DNA from: Paludibacteraceae bacterium | GTDB taxonomy: Bacteria; Bacteroidota; Bacteroidia; Bacteroidales; Paludibacteraceae | Direction of reading: 5' to 3' | DNA: 64,000 nucleotides | Assembly (NCBI GenBank): GCA_905234685.1 | Contig: CAJOIR010000005.1 | Span: 1,794-65,793, forward strand | Shown: positions 41,817 through 51,231 of the stretch, one piece after another | Numbering within the stretch: position 1 is the first letter of the stretch | How the letters are laid out: every line of letters starts with the position of its first letter | Notes under the pieces: generated by a model | What the model saw: the letters and a program-made list of their open reading frames with translations, nothing else | The model's database searches: none | Told to the model about the DNA's origin: nothing | Translations under genes and position numbers: made by a program

Positions 41817-42461
41817 TTATTTTGTTGTATGCCGGATAATGTACTTGCACCAAGGTCTAAGACCGCATTCGCTGCATCGCGGATTACGTGCCTGACATAT
41901 GTACCGTCCGTGGAGCAACAGCCAGTGGTGAGCTTTGGGAATAAGTTGCTCGGGAATAAATTGTACCAGTTGTTGCTCTGTCTGATAGGGATTCTTGCTG
42001 TTGGTAGTAAGACCAATTCTCTCACTAACTCGGAATATATGCGTGTCAACCGCCATTGTGGGTTGCTGCCAGATGACAGCACATACCACATTGGCTGTCT
42101 TTCGGCCTACACCGGGAAGGGTCTGCAAGTCATCGATGTTGTCAGGAACTTCGCCTCCATATACTTCTACCAGACGTTTTGCTGTAGCAACAAGATGCAT
42201 GGCTTTGGAGTTGGGATAACTGACAGAATGGATAAATTGCAGCAGGTCTTCTACTGTAGCTTCAGCCATTGTTTGAGGAGTTGGGTAGGCATTAAAGAGA
42301 GCGGGCGTTACCATATTCACACGCTTGTCAGTGCATTGTGCAGAAAGCATTACTGCCACAAGCAATTGAAAGGGATTGTCGAAGTGGAGTTCACTCTCGG
42401 CAACCGGCATGTTCTGTTCAAACCAACTGAGGCAGCCTTCAAATCGTTGTTTCGTTGTCAT
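41817..42461 (-). CDS. nth: Endonuclease III
   Basis: The helix-hairpin-helix motif is LQTLPGVGRKTANVV. The C-terminal 4Fe-4S cluster motif is C.....P.C..C.....C. Confidence 0.93.
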   Translation of the reverse strand: MTTKQRFEGCLSWFEQNMPVAESELHFDNPFQLLVAVMLSAQCTDKRVNMVTPALFNAYPTPQTMAEATVEDLLQFIHSVSYPNSKAMHLVATAKRLVEVYGGEVPDNIDDLQTLPGVGRKTANVVCAVIWQQPTMAVDTHIFRVSERIGLTTNSKNPYQTEQQLVQFIPEQLIPKAHHWLLLHGRYICQARNPRCSECGLRPWCKYIIRHTTK

Positions 42462-42936
42462 CTCTGTTCTCTTTGTACACTCTGCTCAGATATGCAAGCA
42501 GTCGGCTGACTTGTTGTTGCAGTGCGGCAGTGTCGGGTGTAACTGGTTTCTTCTGCATATGCAGAAGCATGATGTTGTACAGAAAGACAAACATCATGCT
42601 TATGTCAGACTGAAGCGGGTTGTCGGACTTGCTCTTGAGCAGGTTCAGTTGTGGCAACAGTTGCATATATGCCGCGCGATAAGAGGCTTCGGTGTCAAGA
42701 AGTTCTGCATGCAGTTCTTCCGCCTCGGAGATAGCGTTTTGTGCTAACTGCACATGCCCTTGTACCATCACACCCTCTGTCCGCATCATCTGCTGAAGGT
42801 CGCGTAGGAACTGATTCTGTTGCATGGCTTCGTCAGTTGAAAATGCTCTAACCACATCCTCCATCTGCCACATGTAGAGTATATACTCTGCTATATTGTC
42901 ACGCTTGGTCTTCATCGTCAAAATCATCAAGTTCAT
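42439..42936 (-). CDS. Conserved hypothetical protein (DUF4924-like by recollection)
   Basis: NIAEYILYMWQMEDVVRAF matches my memory of the DUF4924 N-terminus. It overlaps nth by 23 nt. Confidence 0.55.
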   Translation of the reverse strand: MNLMILTMKTKRDNIAEYILYMWQMEDVVRAFSTDEAMQQNQFLRDLQQMMRTEGVMVQGHVQLAQNAISEAEELHAELLDTEASYRAAYMQLLPQLNLLKSKSDNPLQSDISMMFVFLYNIMLLHMQKKPVTPDTAALQQQVSRLLAYLSRVYKENRDDNETTI

Positions 42937-43312
42937 AATCGTCAGAGAAGAAAGTCTCTATCTCACGACGCTCCTTTTTTGTTGGTCGCCCTGTGCCACG
43001 GTCTCTGCCCTGTTTGCCTGCCAGACGCGCAAGTTCAAGTATCTCAAGTTGGTCAGGAGTAGTGATGTCTCTCAAGTATTCGGGTACAAGTTTGGCACCG
43101 AAGCGGTTCTCACTCAGTTGCAATATCTGATAGGTGAAGGTGACAGGGTTCTTGCGTACAGAGAATATGTCGCCTACCTTGAACGTTCGTGACGGCTTCA
43201 GTTGAGTGCCGTTCATTGTTACACGTCCTTTCTTGCATGCGTCTGCTGCTATGCTACGCGTCTTGTAGATGCGCATGGCAAACAAGTATTTATCTACACG
43301 AACTTCACTCAT
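42899..43312 (-). CDS. S4-domain RNA-binding protein (Hsp15/HslR-like)
   Basis: VRVDKYLFAMRIYKTRSIAADACKKGRVTMNG is a typical S4 alpha-L motif. The C-terminus is acidic. Confidence 0.8.
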   Translation of the reverse strand: MSEVRVDKYLFAMRIYKTRSIAADACKKGRVTMNGTQLKPSRTFKVGDIFSVRKNPVTFTYQILQLSENRFGAKLVPEYLRDITTPDQLEILELARLAGKQGRDRGTGRPTKKERREIETFFSDDYELDDFDDEDQA

Positions 43313-45282
43313 TTTGCGGTTAGTTGATTGTTAATCATGCGGGATATATATTGTTGTATATAGGCTTTCAGATAGGTCTCCATGAATTGAGTTTCTTCTG
43401 TTCTGGATTCTATATTGTGTTGCAACATTTTGTCATGCTTGAAGTTATATACTGCCGTGGTTTGTCTGCCATCGAATTGCAGGAGCAAACTGTCGGAGAA
43501 AATCTGATAGACAGGATGGTTGTAGCAAATGGCGTAAGGATGCGATTTCTCTTCCGTCAGGATATCCTCTCCAAAAGCAAAGAACGGTTTGTCGTAACCT
43601 AAATATGCAAGCACGGATGGCATGATATCGGTTTGCGAGGTTGGTTGCATGTCGCTGCCTGCAAGCGAGTTGTCCGGCAAATAGAAGAACAGAGGCACTT
43701 CGAAAAGCCCTTTGGCAGTCGTATATTCGGGATGAGTAATCTGGTTGGTATGGTCAGCGGTAAACACAAATAATGTGTTCTCTTTTGCTCTACGGAAGAA
43801 CTCTCGCAAGGCATTATCGCTATATCCGATGCACTGGTGAATAGGTTTCGTGCCTTTCGGAAAGAAATCCGTATAGCGCTCAGGAACACGGAAAGGATGA
43901 TGCGACGAGGCTGTGAAGACTGCAGTGCAGAAAGGTTCATGCAGAGTATTCATTGTTCGGGCATAATATTGCAGAAACTCCTCATCCCATATAGCCCAAG
44001 TGCCGTCGAAGGCATCCTCTCCGTCGTATTCATCCATGCCGTAGTAACGCTGGAATCCGGCAGAACGTGCGTATGTCTGGAAACCCATACTGCCGTTTGG
44101 CGCACCATGGAAAAAGGCAGTAGTGTAACCCTCTTGATTCAGACAATCGGCAATGGAGGAGATGGCATTGGTGGAGTAGGGAGTGACGATATAAGGCTCT
44201 ATCAGCATCGGAATACCGGAAAGCACCGAAGGCATTGCATCAATGGATTTTCTGCCTGATGCAAAACTTAACGGATAACTCCTGCTATATTGCAAAAGCG
44301 AGTCAAGAAAAGGAGTGTAACCTTGGTAAGTGCCGTTGTCCAAGTCATGATTGAAGAATCCTATGTATTCCTTCGAGAAACTCTCAAGGATGAATATAAC
44401 TACATTTCTTGAACTGTTTTTGCAGTTTTGCCGCTCGCTTGAGGCCTCGTCAGGATAAGAACCCTCTGAACCTTTCAACCTTTGAACTGGTTGATGCACA
44501 GGGGTGAAGATGGCTTCAAGTTCTTCTTCTTTTGGGAAATACTTGGGATTGATATATGTCTCATTCTCAAGCGATTTCATCAGAGAGAATGGAGTGTTGA
44601 GCACTATTGCAGTCTCGTTGGGTCGGTCGGCATACTGCATGGCATTGCTGATGGTGATAGGACGGGTGTATTTGCCGAAACCTCCGCGTATGCCTATCAC
44701 TATGAAATATATGCTGAGCGTAAACAGGGCTGTTTCTGTAATGTAATACAGCCACTTTGGTCTACAGTCATCGGTATGAGTGTTTTTCCTGGTGCATAGT
44801 ATAATTGTTACTATTGTGGCGATGGCGAACAAGGTTACGTACCAATATTGCGCCATGCTTTGCAGAAAGATGCTCATGAGATTATCATCGTTCTGAAACT
44901 CAGTGAATATACGGCATGTGGTACGGCGGTCGGTGAAGCGGAAATACACAATGTCGGCGCAGTTGACCACAATACCTGTGATATTCGGAATCCAGTAACA
45001 CCACTTCGCGGCAGTGATATATTTGGGGTTGCTGCGGAGGCGAAGTGGCACCAACATGAGAATAAGATAAAGCGAGTTCAGATACAGGATGGCAGTGAGG
45101 TCAAAACGCATGCCTCCACTTAGCAATTCCCAAAGATGAGTACCGCTTATGTCGGAAAAAAAATCCCGGTTGACGAAGTAGAAGAATAGTCTTGAAAAGG
45201 TGTAAAGAAGCATCACCAGCGTCAGATTGCATGCCGCCACTAACCACGGGTGGTACCATAATTTGCGAAAAGAAGTCTTCAT
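43309..45282 (-). CDS. LTA synthase-family (sulfatase-like) membrane phosphoglycerol/phosphoethanolamine transferase
   Basis: Five N-terminal TM helices precede an extracytoplasmic alkaline-phosphatase-superfamily domain (VVIFILESFS, TADHT). Confidence 0.75.
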   Translation of the reverse strand: MKTSFRKLWYHPWLVAACNLTLVMLLYTFSRLFFYFVNRDFFSDISGTHLWELLSGGMRFDLTAILYLNSLYLILMLVPLRLRSNPKYITAAKWCYWIPNITGIVVNCADIVYFRFTDRRTTCRIFTEFQNDDNLMSIFLQSMAQYWYVTLFAIATIVTIILCTRKNTHTDDCRPKWLYYITETALFTLSIYFIVIGIRGGFGKYTRPITISNAMQYADRPNETAIVLNTPFSLMKSLENETYINPKYFPKEEELEAIFTPVHQPVQRLKGSEGSYPDEASSERQNCKNSSRNVVIFILESFSKEYIGFFNHDLDNGTYQGYTPFLDSLLQYSRSYPLSFASGRKSIDAMPSVLSGIPMLIEPYIVTPYSTNAISSIADCLNQEGYTTAFFHGAPNGSMGFQTYARSAGFQRYYGMDEYDGEDAFDGTWAIWDEEFLQYYARTMNTLHEPFCTAVFTASSHHPFRVPERYTDFFPKGTKPIHQCIGYSDNALREFFRRAKENTLFVFTADHTNQITHPEYTTAKGLFEVPLFFYLPDNSLAGSDMQPTSQTDIMPSVLAYLGYDKPFFAFGEDILTEEKSHPYAICYNHPVYQIFSDSLLLQFDGRQTTAVYNFKHDKMLQHNIESRTEETQFMETYLKAYIQQYISRMINNQLTAK

Positions 45283-45845
45283 TACTTTCCGTTGAACTGA
45301 TTCATGGTTCTTTCAAGACCTTGCAGACAGAATGATTCAACTAGCAAACTGCATGTATTAAGCCGCTCAGGCAGGGCTTTCTCTTCCTCCTCACTCCATT
45401 CGCCGAGCACATAGTTGATTTGTGCACCGTGAACGAAGTCGGCACCGATACCGAACTTCAGTCTGGCATACTGTTGCGTCATGATGCACGACTCGATGTT
45501 CTTGAGTCCGTTGTGTCCGCCGTCAGAACCTTTGCCGCGCAGACGCAGTGTGCCGAAAGGCAGGGCAAGGTCATCAACAATGACAAGAAGATTCTCCACG
45601 GGTACTTTCTCTTTGATAAGCCAGTATCGGACAGCCGTACCCGAGAGGTTCATGAAGGTGGAGGGCTTAAGGAGAACGAGTTCCGCATTCTTGACACGGC
45701 AATGAGCAACAAAACCATAGCGGCAGTCCTGAAAGGTGACATTATGCTCAGCAGCAAACCTGTCAAGCACAAGAAAGCCGATGTTGTGACGGGTATTCTG
45801 ATACTCGTCGCCAATGTTGCCTAATCCTACAATCAGATATTTCAT
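45282..45845 (-). CDS. pth: Peptidyl-tRNA hydrolase
   Basis: Carries [24 protein letters not shown], and GGHNGLK in the C-terminal part. Confidence 0.95.
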   Translation of the reverse strand: MKYLIVGLGNIGDEYQNTRHNIGFLVLDRFAAEHNVTFQDCRYGFVAHCRVKNAELVLLKPSTFMNLSGTAVRYWLIKEKVPVENLLVIVDDLALPFGTLRLRGKGSDGGHNGLKNIESCIMTQQYARLKFGIGADFVHGAQINYVLGEWSEEEEKALPERLNTCSLLVESFCLQGLERTMNQFNGK

Positions 45846-45951
45846 GATGTTGTTTTTGCAGTTGAAAGAGAAAAGCCGAAAGAGAAAAGCCTATAATGTG
45901 ATTCATCAGGCTTTCGTCTTCCGACTTCTGACTTTGTTCGCGAGAACGGGA

Positions 45952-46518
45952 TTACTCTGCGGCAGCCTGTGCACTCTGACGTGTAGCCTTAACCTGAGCA
46001 ACAATCTGAGTCTTCACGTTGGTGATCTCGATGTTGTCGAAGTGGAGGTCTGCCACCTGGAGTTTCTTACCCAGTCCGAGAGGAGTAACATCGATGACGA
46101 TACGGTCGGGCAGGTAGGTGTAGATGGCTTTCACTTTCAGTTTGCGGGTAACGAGTTGCAGTTTACCACCGGCTTTCACACCTTCGGCGTGACCTTCAAG
46201 TTGTACAGGAATAGCCACTGTTACAGGCTTGTCCTCAGTTACCTGAAGGAAATCGATATGAAGCAGAGCCTCAGATACAGGGTGGAATTGGAGTTCTTTT
46301 ACAACAGCCTTGTACTCTTTGCCTTCGATAGAAAGGTTAACAATCAGAGTGTCGGGAGTGTAGATGAGTTTGCGAACATCGTTAACGTTAACGGTGAATG
46401 TGATGTTCTCGCCATTGCCATAAAGGTTGCAAGGCACGAGTTCCTGCTTGCGCAGACCTTTTGCGGCTTTCTTGCCGTACTCCTTACGAAGAGTACCGGT
46501 CAGGTTGAATTCTTTCAT
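45952..46518 (-). CDS. rplY: 50S ribosomal protein L25 / general stress protein Ctc
   Basis: The start is at MKEFNLTGTLRKEYGKKAAKGLRKQELVPCNLYG. It has an L25 N-terminal domain plus a Ctc-type C-terminal extension. The track extension to 46644 runs into the tRNA gene and is rejected. Confidence 0.9.
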   Translation of the reverse strand: MKEFNLTGTLRKEYGKKAAKGLRKQELVPCNLYGNGENITFTVNVNDVRKLIYTPDTLIVNLSIEGKEYKAVVKELQFHPVSEALLHIDFLQVTEDKPVTVAIPVQLEGHAEGVKAGGKLQLVTRKLKVKAIYTYLPDRIVIDVTPLGLGKKLQVADLHFDNIEITNVKTQIVAQVKATRQSAQAAAE

Positions 46519-46636
46519 TGTCTTGTTTGTGTTACTTCGTTTCGGGCAGTTGTTAGTAGTGTTTGGTGATGCTGCCCTACTTGTCATCACACTAAAAGAA
46601 ACAGTCCATCGGTTGACGGACGTTCTAATTTTTTTG

Positions 46637-46707
46637 TTGTCCAACCCGGAGTCGAACCAGGCTTTTCAGAACCAAAATCTGACGTAATACCGATATACCA
46701 TTGGACA
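46637..46707 (-). tRNA. tRNA-Gln (anticodon UUG)
   Basis: Hand-folded cloverleaf of the minus strand. The acceptor stem is tgtccaa/ttggaca and the D loop has GG. The anticodon stem tcaga/tctga closes the loop ttTTGgt. The T arm is cctgg-ttcgact-ccggg and the discriminator is A. No CCA is encoded. Confidence 0.9.
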
Positions 46708-46729
46708 GTGCTTTCTTCAAAAGCGGCTG

Positions 46730-46737
46730 CAAAGGTA
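46730..46737 (-). promoter_or_regulatory. Candidate -7 box (TACCTTTG on the minus strand) for tRNA-Gln / rplY / pth
   Basis: The plus strand reads CAAAGGTA, 23 nt upstream of the tRNA 5' end. Confidence 0.5.
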
Positions 46738-46832
46738 TAGCAAATATTTTGATTGTGCAAGAGTCGGTATCATTTTGTTGTTATTATATGTGAAAAATCA
46801 TGTTGACAGTTGGCTTGTTTGTTAAAATTTTA

Positions 46833-46840
46833 TATCTTTG
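46833..46840 (+). promoter_or_regulatory. Candidate -7 box (TATCTTTG) for mltG
   Basis: Perfect TAnnTTTG match 57 nt upstream of the ATG at 46897. Confidence 0.5.
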
Positions 46841-46847
46841 CACCCAC

Positions 46848-46882
46848 CTGAAACTTGAAACCTGAAACTTGAAACTTGAAAC
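46848..46882. repeat. Word array (C)CTGAAA/CTTGAAAC
   Basis: The sequence is cctgaaacttgaaacctgaaacttgaaacttgaaaca. It lies between the -7 box and the mltG start codon, so it is predicted to form the 5' UTR. Related words occur at 15820-15865 and 19440-19455. Confidence 0.85.
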
Positions 46883-46896
46883 ATATAATTCGCAGT

Positions 46897-47922
46897 ATGA
46901 AGAAGTTTTTGTCAGTCGTTGCCGTCATCGTGCTTTTGTTGCTTGTCGTTTCGGCAATCGACCAGTATTACCGGATGTTCGTGAATAACATTTCGTCTAA
47001 TGACGGAGAGAAGCATTTGCTGTATGTATATCCGGGTTTTTCGCTTGACAGCGTGATAAATGCCGTTGCCGAGACTCATACCGTTGCTTCACCGTGGAAT
47101 CTGCGCTTGCATTGCAGAATGATGAAGTTCTCCCGCCCCAAGACAGGTTGTTATTTGCTTAATGAGAAAGAGGGCGATGTGGCGTTAATACGCCGTTTGC
47201 GTGGTGGAGAACAGACTCCTGTGGAGGTGACATTCAACAGAATACGTACGCGCGGACAACTGGCGAAACGCTTGTCGGAGCAACTGTTGCTTGACTCTGC
47301 CGAAATAGGCAGTCGTTTGGAGAGCAATGAGTATATGTCGGAATACGGACTTAGGAAAGAGACTGCCGTGTGTCTCTTTATTCCCGATACCTATCAACTC
47401 TATTGGACTATATCTGCCGATGCCCTCTTCGAGCGGATGGGGAAAGAATATAACAGATACTGGACTCCGGCTCGTGAACGCAAGGCAAAGCAGGAGGGAC
47501 TCAGTCGGGTTGACGTGGCGACAATAGCCAGTATCGCAGAGGAGGAGACAAACAAGGATTTTGAATATCCGATAATTGCCGGTCTGTACTTAAACCGACT
47601 GAGGCAGGGAATGCCGTTGCAGGCATGCCCTACCATCAAGTTCGCTTGGCAGGACTTTACGCTTAGACGCATACTGAACAGGCATCTTGAGATCGAGTCA
47701 CCATATAACACCTATAAGAACAAAGGACTCCCTCCGGGTCCGATACGTATTCCGCGTGCTTCGACCATGGATGCCGTACTCAACTACACGCATAGTACAT
47801 ACTTGTTCATGTGTGCATCCGCCGACTTCAACGGCACACACCATTTCTCATCCTCATACTCTGAGCATGCACGCTATGCCAGAGAGTATCAGACTGAGTT
47901 GAACAAGAGGAACATACGTTAA
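46897..47922 (+). CDS. mltG: Endolytic transglycosylase MltG (YceG-like)
   Basis: It has an N-terminal TM anchor and the YceG-family segments ASIAEEET, PLQACPT and SPYNTYKNKGLPPGPI. The track start at 46876 is TTG inside the repeat array; ATG 46897 (MKKFLSVV) is preferred. Confidence 0.88.
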   Translation: MKKFLSVVAVIVLLLLVVSAIDQYYRMFVNNISSNDGEKHLLYVYPGFSLDSVINAVAETHTVASPWNLRLHCRMMKFSRPKTGCYLLNEKEGDVALIRRLRGGEQTPVEVTFNRIRTRGQLAKRLSEQLLLDSAEIGSRLESNEYMSEYGLRKETAVCLFIPDTYQLYWTISADALFERMGKEYNRYWTPARERKAKQEGLSRVDVATIASIAEEETNKDFEYPIIAGLYLNRLRQGMPLQACPTIKFAWQDFTLRRILNRHLEIESPYNTYKNKGLPPGPIRIPRASTMDAVLNYTHSTYLFMCASADFNGTHHFSSSYSEHARYAREYQTELNKRNIR

Positions 47923-47966
47923 TGATACGATAACTTAAAACGAATATTCATCCTAACATTATATTT

Positions 47967-48452
47967 ATGAGAAAACTGTTCATTATTTCATTGGTGCTTC
48001 TAATGGTTGCACCTGTAATGCAGGCGCAGGAGGATAAACCTGCGCAGCGTCTCGCGGTTCACCAGCGTACTGGTGAGAAAGTATTCTTCGACCTCGAAGA
48101 AGAACCTGTCACCACCTTTGACAAAGGCAATCTGGTCATCAAGACTTCAAAGACAACCGTTATCTATCTGCTTGAGAATGTGCAGAAATACACCTACGAA
48201 GGAGTAAGCACAGGCATTGAACAGCCTGCGGTTGCGCCAGGCAATCTACTTGTTCGCCAGAACAACGAGATGATGACCATCGACGGTCTAAAAAATGACG
48301 CACTCGTGGAGATATACTCCGCTGACGGCAAACTGCTTCAGAGTACACACGCCAAACAGAAACAGACCACTGTACTCTCGTTGCAGAACTATTCTCCTGG
48401 AACTTATATTATTAACGCAGGCGGAGCCTCATTCAAATTCGTGAAACAATGA
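47967..48452 (+). CDS. Small secreted protein with a T9SS-type C-terminal sorting domain
   Basis: Signal peptide MRKLFIISLVLLMVAPVMQA. The C-terminal ~70 aa (MTIDGLKNDALVEIYSADGKLLQSTHAKQKQTTVLSLQNYSPGTYIINAGGASFKFVKQ) fits a type A CTD. Confidence 0.7.
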   Translation: MRKLFIISLVLLMVAPVMQAQEDKPAQRLAVHQRTGEKVFFDLEEEPVTTFDKGNLVIKTSKTTVIYLLENVQKYTYEGVSTGIEQPAVAPGNLLVRQNNEMMTIDGLKNDALVEIYSADGKLLQSTHAKQKQTTVLSLQNYSPGTYIINAGGASFKFVKQ

Positions 48453-51052
48453 GAAGGTATATTTCAATAGCCTTACTGCTAATCGGAATGTCGTTGCAAG
48501 CCCAGGAGGCTTTTTACGTATATCGCAACGACGGAGACTTCAACGGTTTCTTCTATGATGAGGTTCTCAGCATGGGTTATTCCAAGATAGGCATCGACTC
48601 CGTGGAGTACGACGAATATGTTGTTCAGGAGGTTGTGTTGGCAGATACTACCTACCGTATCCCTCTTGCCGCTATCGACAGTATCGGGTTCCAACAGCCG
48701 GAGATTAGATTCAACCCGAAGGTACGTTTTCTAGTAAGAGATGGTTATGAGCCATATCTGGCACATGTGAAGACAAATGGTTGTACATTCCAAGACCTAC
48801 CGGGCAACAAGCCTCTTGCAGTGGGTGATATCATCGTAGGTTTGCCTACCGACCCACGTGCAGAAGAGATGTATATCAATACTCCTGGAAATCTGGGTTC
48901 CGGCAGTTTCACATGTATAGTCGATGAGATAGAGACAGGTTCATACAACGGCAGTACTATCACTTATATTACGGGGCATCCTGTTAGCAAGATAAACGAG
49001 GTGTTTGACCAATATATAACAGTGGAACAGGTTACTGTTGACAAGAACAATCAGGTCCGCAGGCGTATAGCAGGTTGCACAGATGATGGTTTCCCGCGGA
49101 AAGTGGTGTCAGTTTCAGACGGAGGCGAAATGGACTTGTTCGATATCTCCTTCAACTTAACCCGTGAGTGGCAACCCGGAGGTTCGGGAAAGGTGGATTT
49201 GTCGGCGGAGATAGGGTTGAAAGACAGGATGCGTGTGGCATATAACATCACATGGAAAAGATTCTATGCAAAGTTGACAAACGAACTGACAGCAAAAGTT
49301 AAACCCTCTTTGGGTATTCAGTTGAATACGAGTTACGAAGTTACTTCCGATGACTGGGCGAGTCTGCCGCATGTGATGTTTCCGGCTGCATGTCCTGTGT
49401 TTGAGACGAATCCCCAGCCGATGTTTTTCTTCCGTGCGGACGGTACAGTGGAGGCACGTTTGAACATGCCGGCAGTACAGTTGGGTTTGGCAGCGGATTT
49501 CATCATGGATACTGATAATCTTTTCCCTGTAAGTTTCGGCATGCACATGGTGCCAGACGAGTCCACAAAAGTTGATGAAGACATGCTGGACCTTTCGGCA
49601 GGCGTAACATTTAAAGGTATGATTCAGACTGGTATCAAGTTTCAACTGAATGTTGCAACTGCCAACTGGTTCAAGAAGGTATTGATGACGGATTTAGGTT
49701 TGCATCTGTATATAGGACCTAAGTTGCAAGGTGCTATCACGTTTACTTCAGATATATGTGCAGGCTTGACAGAGGATATTTATCCGACATTGAGTATAGC
49801 AGAGTCGTTAAGCAAGGCGAATATCAATTTCTCATTGTTGTCAATAGACTTAGAGGCAAAAGCGAAGGCTGCGGCTTTCTGGAAAGACCCTGTGGAGAAA
49901 AAGTTCTTTGACACCAACCTGTCTTTGATAAAAGACACCATTTTCTTTGCTCCTGCTTTTGACCCAATAACGATTGATTATGACTCCACGACCTTTGATC
50001 TTACGGTTCATCTGCATCCACGCAAACGATGGGTGATGGGTGGTTCACGTATCCAATTGGCTATGCGTACTACGTATGAACATAATGTATATCATTTGAT
50101 AGATCCTATTTATGATGTCGGTCCGAAAGATGCCGATACAATAGTGGACTATACTTTCAATGGTATCCGTTGTGGAGGTGAACAGTATCATTTTTTCCCT
50201 GTTGTGCATGTAGGTACATTCGGGAAAGTAAGAGGCCTTTGGGAGAAGTATTATGTACCGACTTTGTACTTGGAGTTGGATAAAGACTCTGTTGTTTTTG
50301 GTGCGAAGGACAATCTAAAGCAGGAGATAATAATAAAAACCAATACCATTCGAAGCGAAATACAAACATGGAAAAAACCTGCCTATCCGGGTTGGATAGA
50401 CACCAATAACAGCGGTTTGGAAACAGTGGATGACGAAGCTGGAATTTACAAGATGTTGTATGAGGCTACTCCGAATGAGACGGTGTTTGACAGAGAGACT
50501 TTCGCCGCAGATTCATTGCATCCGTATATTGGCGCATATCCTGATATAGGCTATCATAAAAATTATTCCATCGGTATGTACCAAAGTGCACCGGATCTGT
50601 CGAATGTGACAATAAGTATATCAGCATCGTTCAAGGACACAGGGAACAAGGCGCGCGGCATCAGTTTTTTAGCACCGGCGATTGTGACACCCAAAGGCAA
50701 GGACTTTGTTCATGTGGAAGGCACATACGTTGACACTGGCATAGTGAGAACGACAAAGACATATACGGTATCTTTGGACTTTGAACGCACGAAAGATTAC
50801 GACAAGAACGGCTACCGTATGACATTGGCATCAGGCACAGTGACGTATCATTCTATTTCTGAACTCACTTCTACAAAGAAAGAAATACGCACAGAGGTAA
50901 GTTTTAGCAAAGATAATGTAAAAGGCACAACCAACGGTGCAAGCGGTGCGCTGAGTAGCGGTACACATCAGGAGTGGGATGACGATTCAATGACTGTTGA
51001 TGCAGTGATGGGAGAAGGCGGCAGCGTGAACTTCTCACTGACGGCGAAATAG
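48449..51052 (+). CDS. Large secreted protein of unknown function
   Basis: Signal peptide MRRYISIALLLIGMSLQAQ. The start overlaps the upstream stop (ATGA). I recognise no motif. Confidence 0.7.
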   Translation: MRRYISIALLLIGMSLQAQEAFYVYRNDGDFNGFFYDEVLSMGYSKIGIDSVEYDEYVVQEVVLADTTYRIPLAAIDSIGFQQPEIRFNPKVRFLVRDGYEPYLAHVKTNGCTFQDLPGNKPLAVGDIIVGLPTDPRAEEMYINTPGNLGSGSFTCIVDEIETGSYNGSTITYITGHPVSKINEVFDQYITVEQVTVDKNNQVRRRIAGCTDDGFPRKVVSVSDGGEMDLFDISFNLTREWQPGGSGKVDLSAEIGLKDRMRVAYNITWKRFYAKLTNELTAKVKPSLGIQLNTSYEVTSDDWASLPHVMFPAACPVFETNPQPMFFFRADGTVEARLNMPAVQLGLAADFIMDTDNLFPVSFGMHMVPDESTKVDEDMLDLSAGVTFKGMIQTGIKFQLNVATANWFKKVLMTDLGLHLYIGPKLQGAITFTSDICAGLTEDIYPTLSIAESLSKANINFSLLSIDLEAKAKAAAFWKDPVEKKFFDTNLSLIKDTIFFAPAFDPITIDYDSTTFDLTVHLHPRKRWVMGGSRIQLAMRTTYEHNVYHLIDPIYDVGPKDADTIVDYTFNGIRCGGEQYHFFPVVHVGTFGKVRGLWEKYYVPTLYLELDKDSVVFGAKDNLKQEIIIKTNTIRSEIQTWKKPAYPGWIDTNNSGLETVDDEAGIYKMLYEATPNETVFDRETFAADSLHPYIGAYPDIGYHKNYSIGMYQSAPDLSNVTISISASFKDTGNKARGISFLAPAIVTPKGKDFVHVEGTYVDTGIVRTTKTYTVSLDFERTKDYDKNGYRMTLASGTVTYHSISELTSTKKEIRTEVSFSKDNVKGTTNGASGALSSGTHQEWDDDSMTVDAVMGEGGSVNFSLTAK

Positions 51053-51150
51053 GGAGAACCTATGCCAAGCGGAGAGCAAAATCTATATTGAACTTTTTTA
51101 GTTAATATTTTAAACCATATATGAAAAGACTGATTTTTATGGTGTTAGCG

Positions 51151-51200
51151 GTGCTCGTGTTTGAAAAGTGGGGACTTTTCAAACACGAGCCGCACTTACT
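51151..51200 (-). repeat. REP-like palindromic element, copy 2
   Basis: A perfect 17-bp stem, gctcgtgtttgaaaagt (51153-51169) / acttttcaaacacgagc (51174-51190), closes the loop gggg. The reverse complement aligns with 15866-15918. It lies between the convergent 867-aa gene and uvrA, so it may also act as a bidirectional terminator. Confidence 0.9.
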
Positions 51201-51231
51201 CCTCGCTCAATGCACTGCATTTCTTATCTCG

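Noticed and set aside
51151-51200. The palindrome TTTGAAAAGT-N4-ACTTTTCAAA as an SOS/LexA-type operator controlling uvrA.
   Set aside because: It lies downstream of the uvrA stop codon, not in its promoter region. The other copy at 15866-15918 is not next to a DNA-repair gene.
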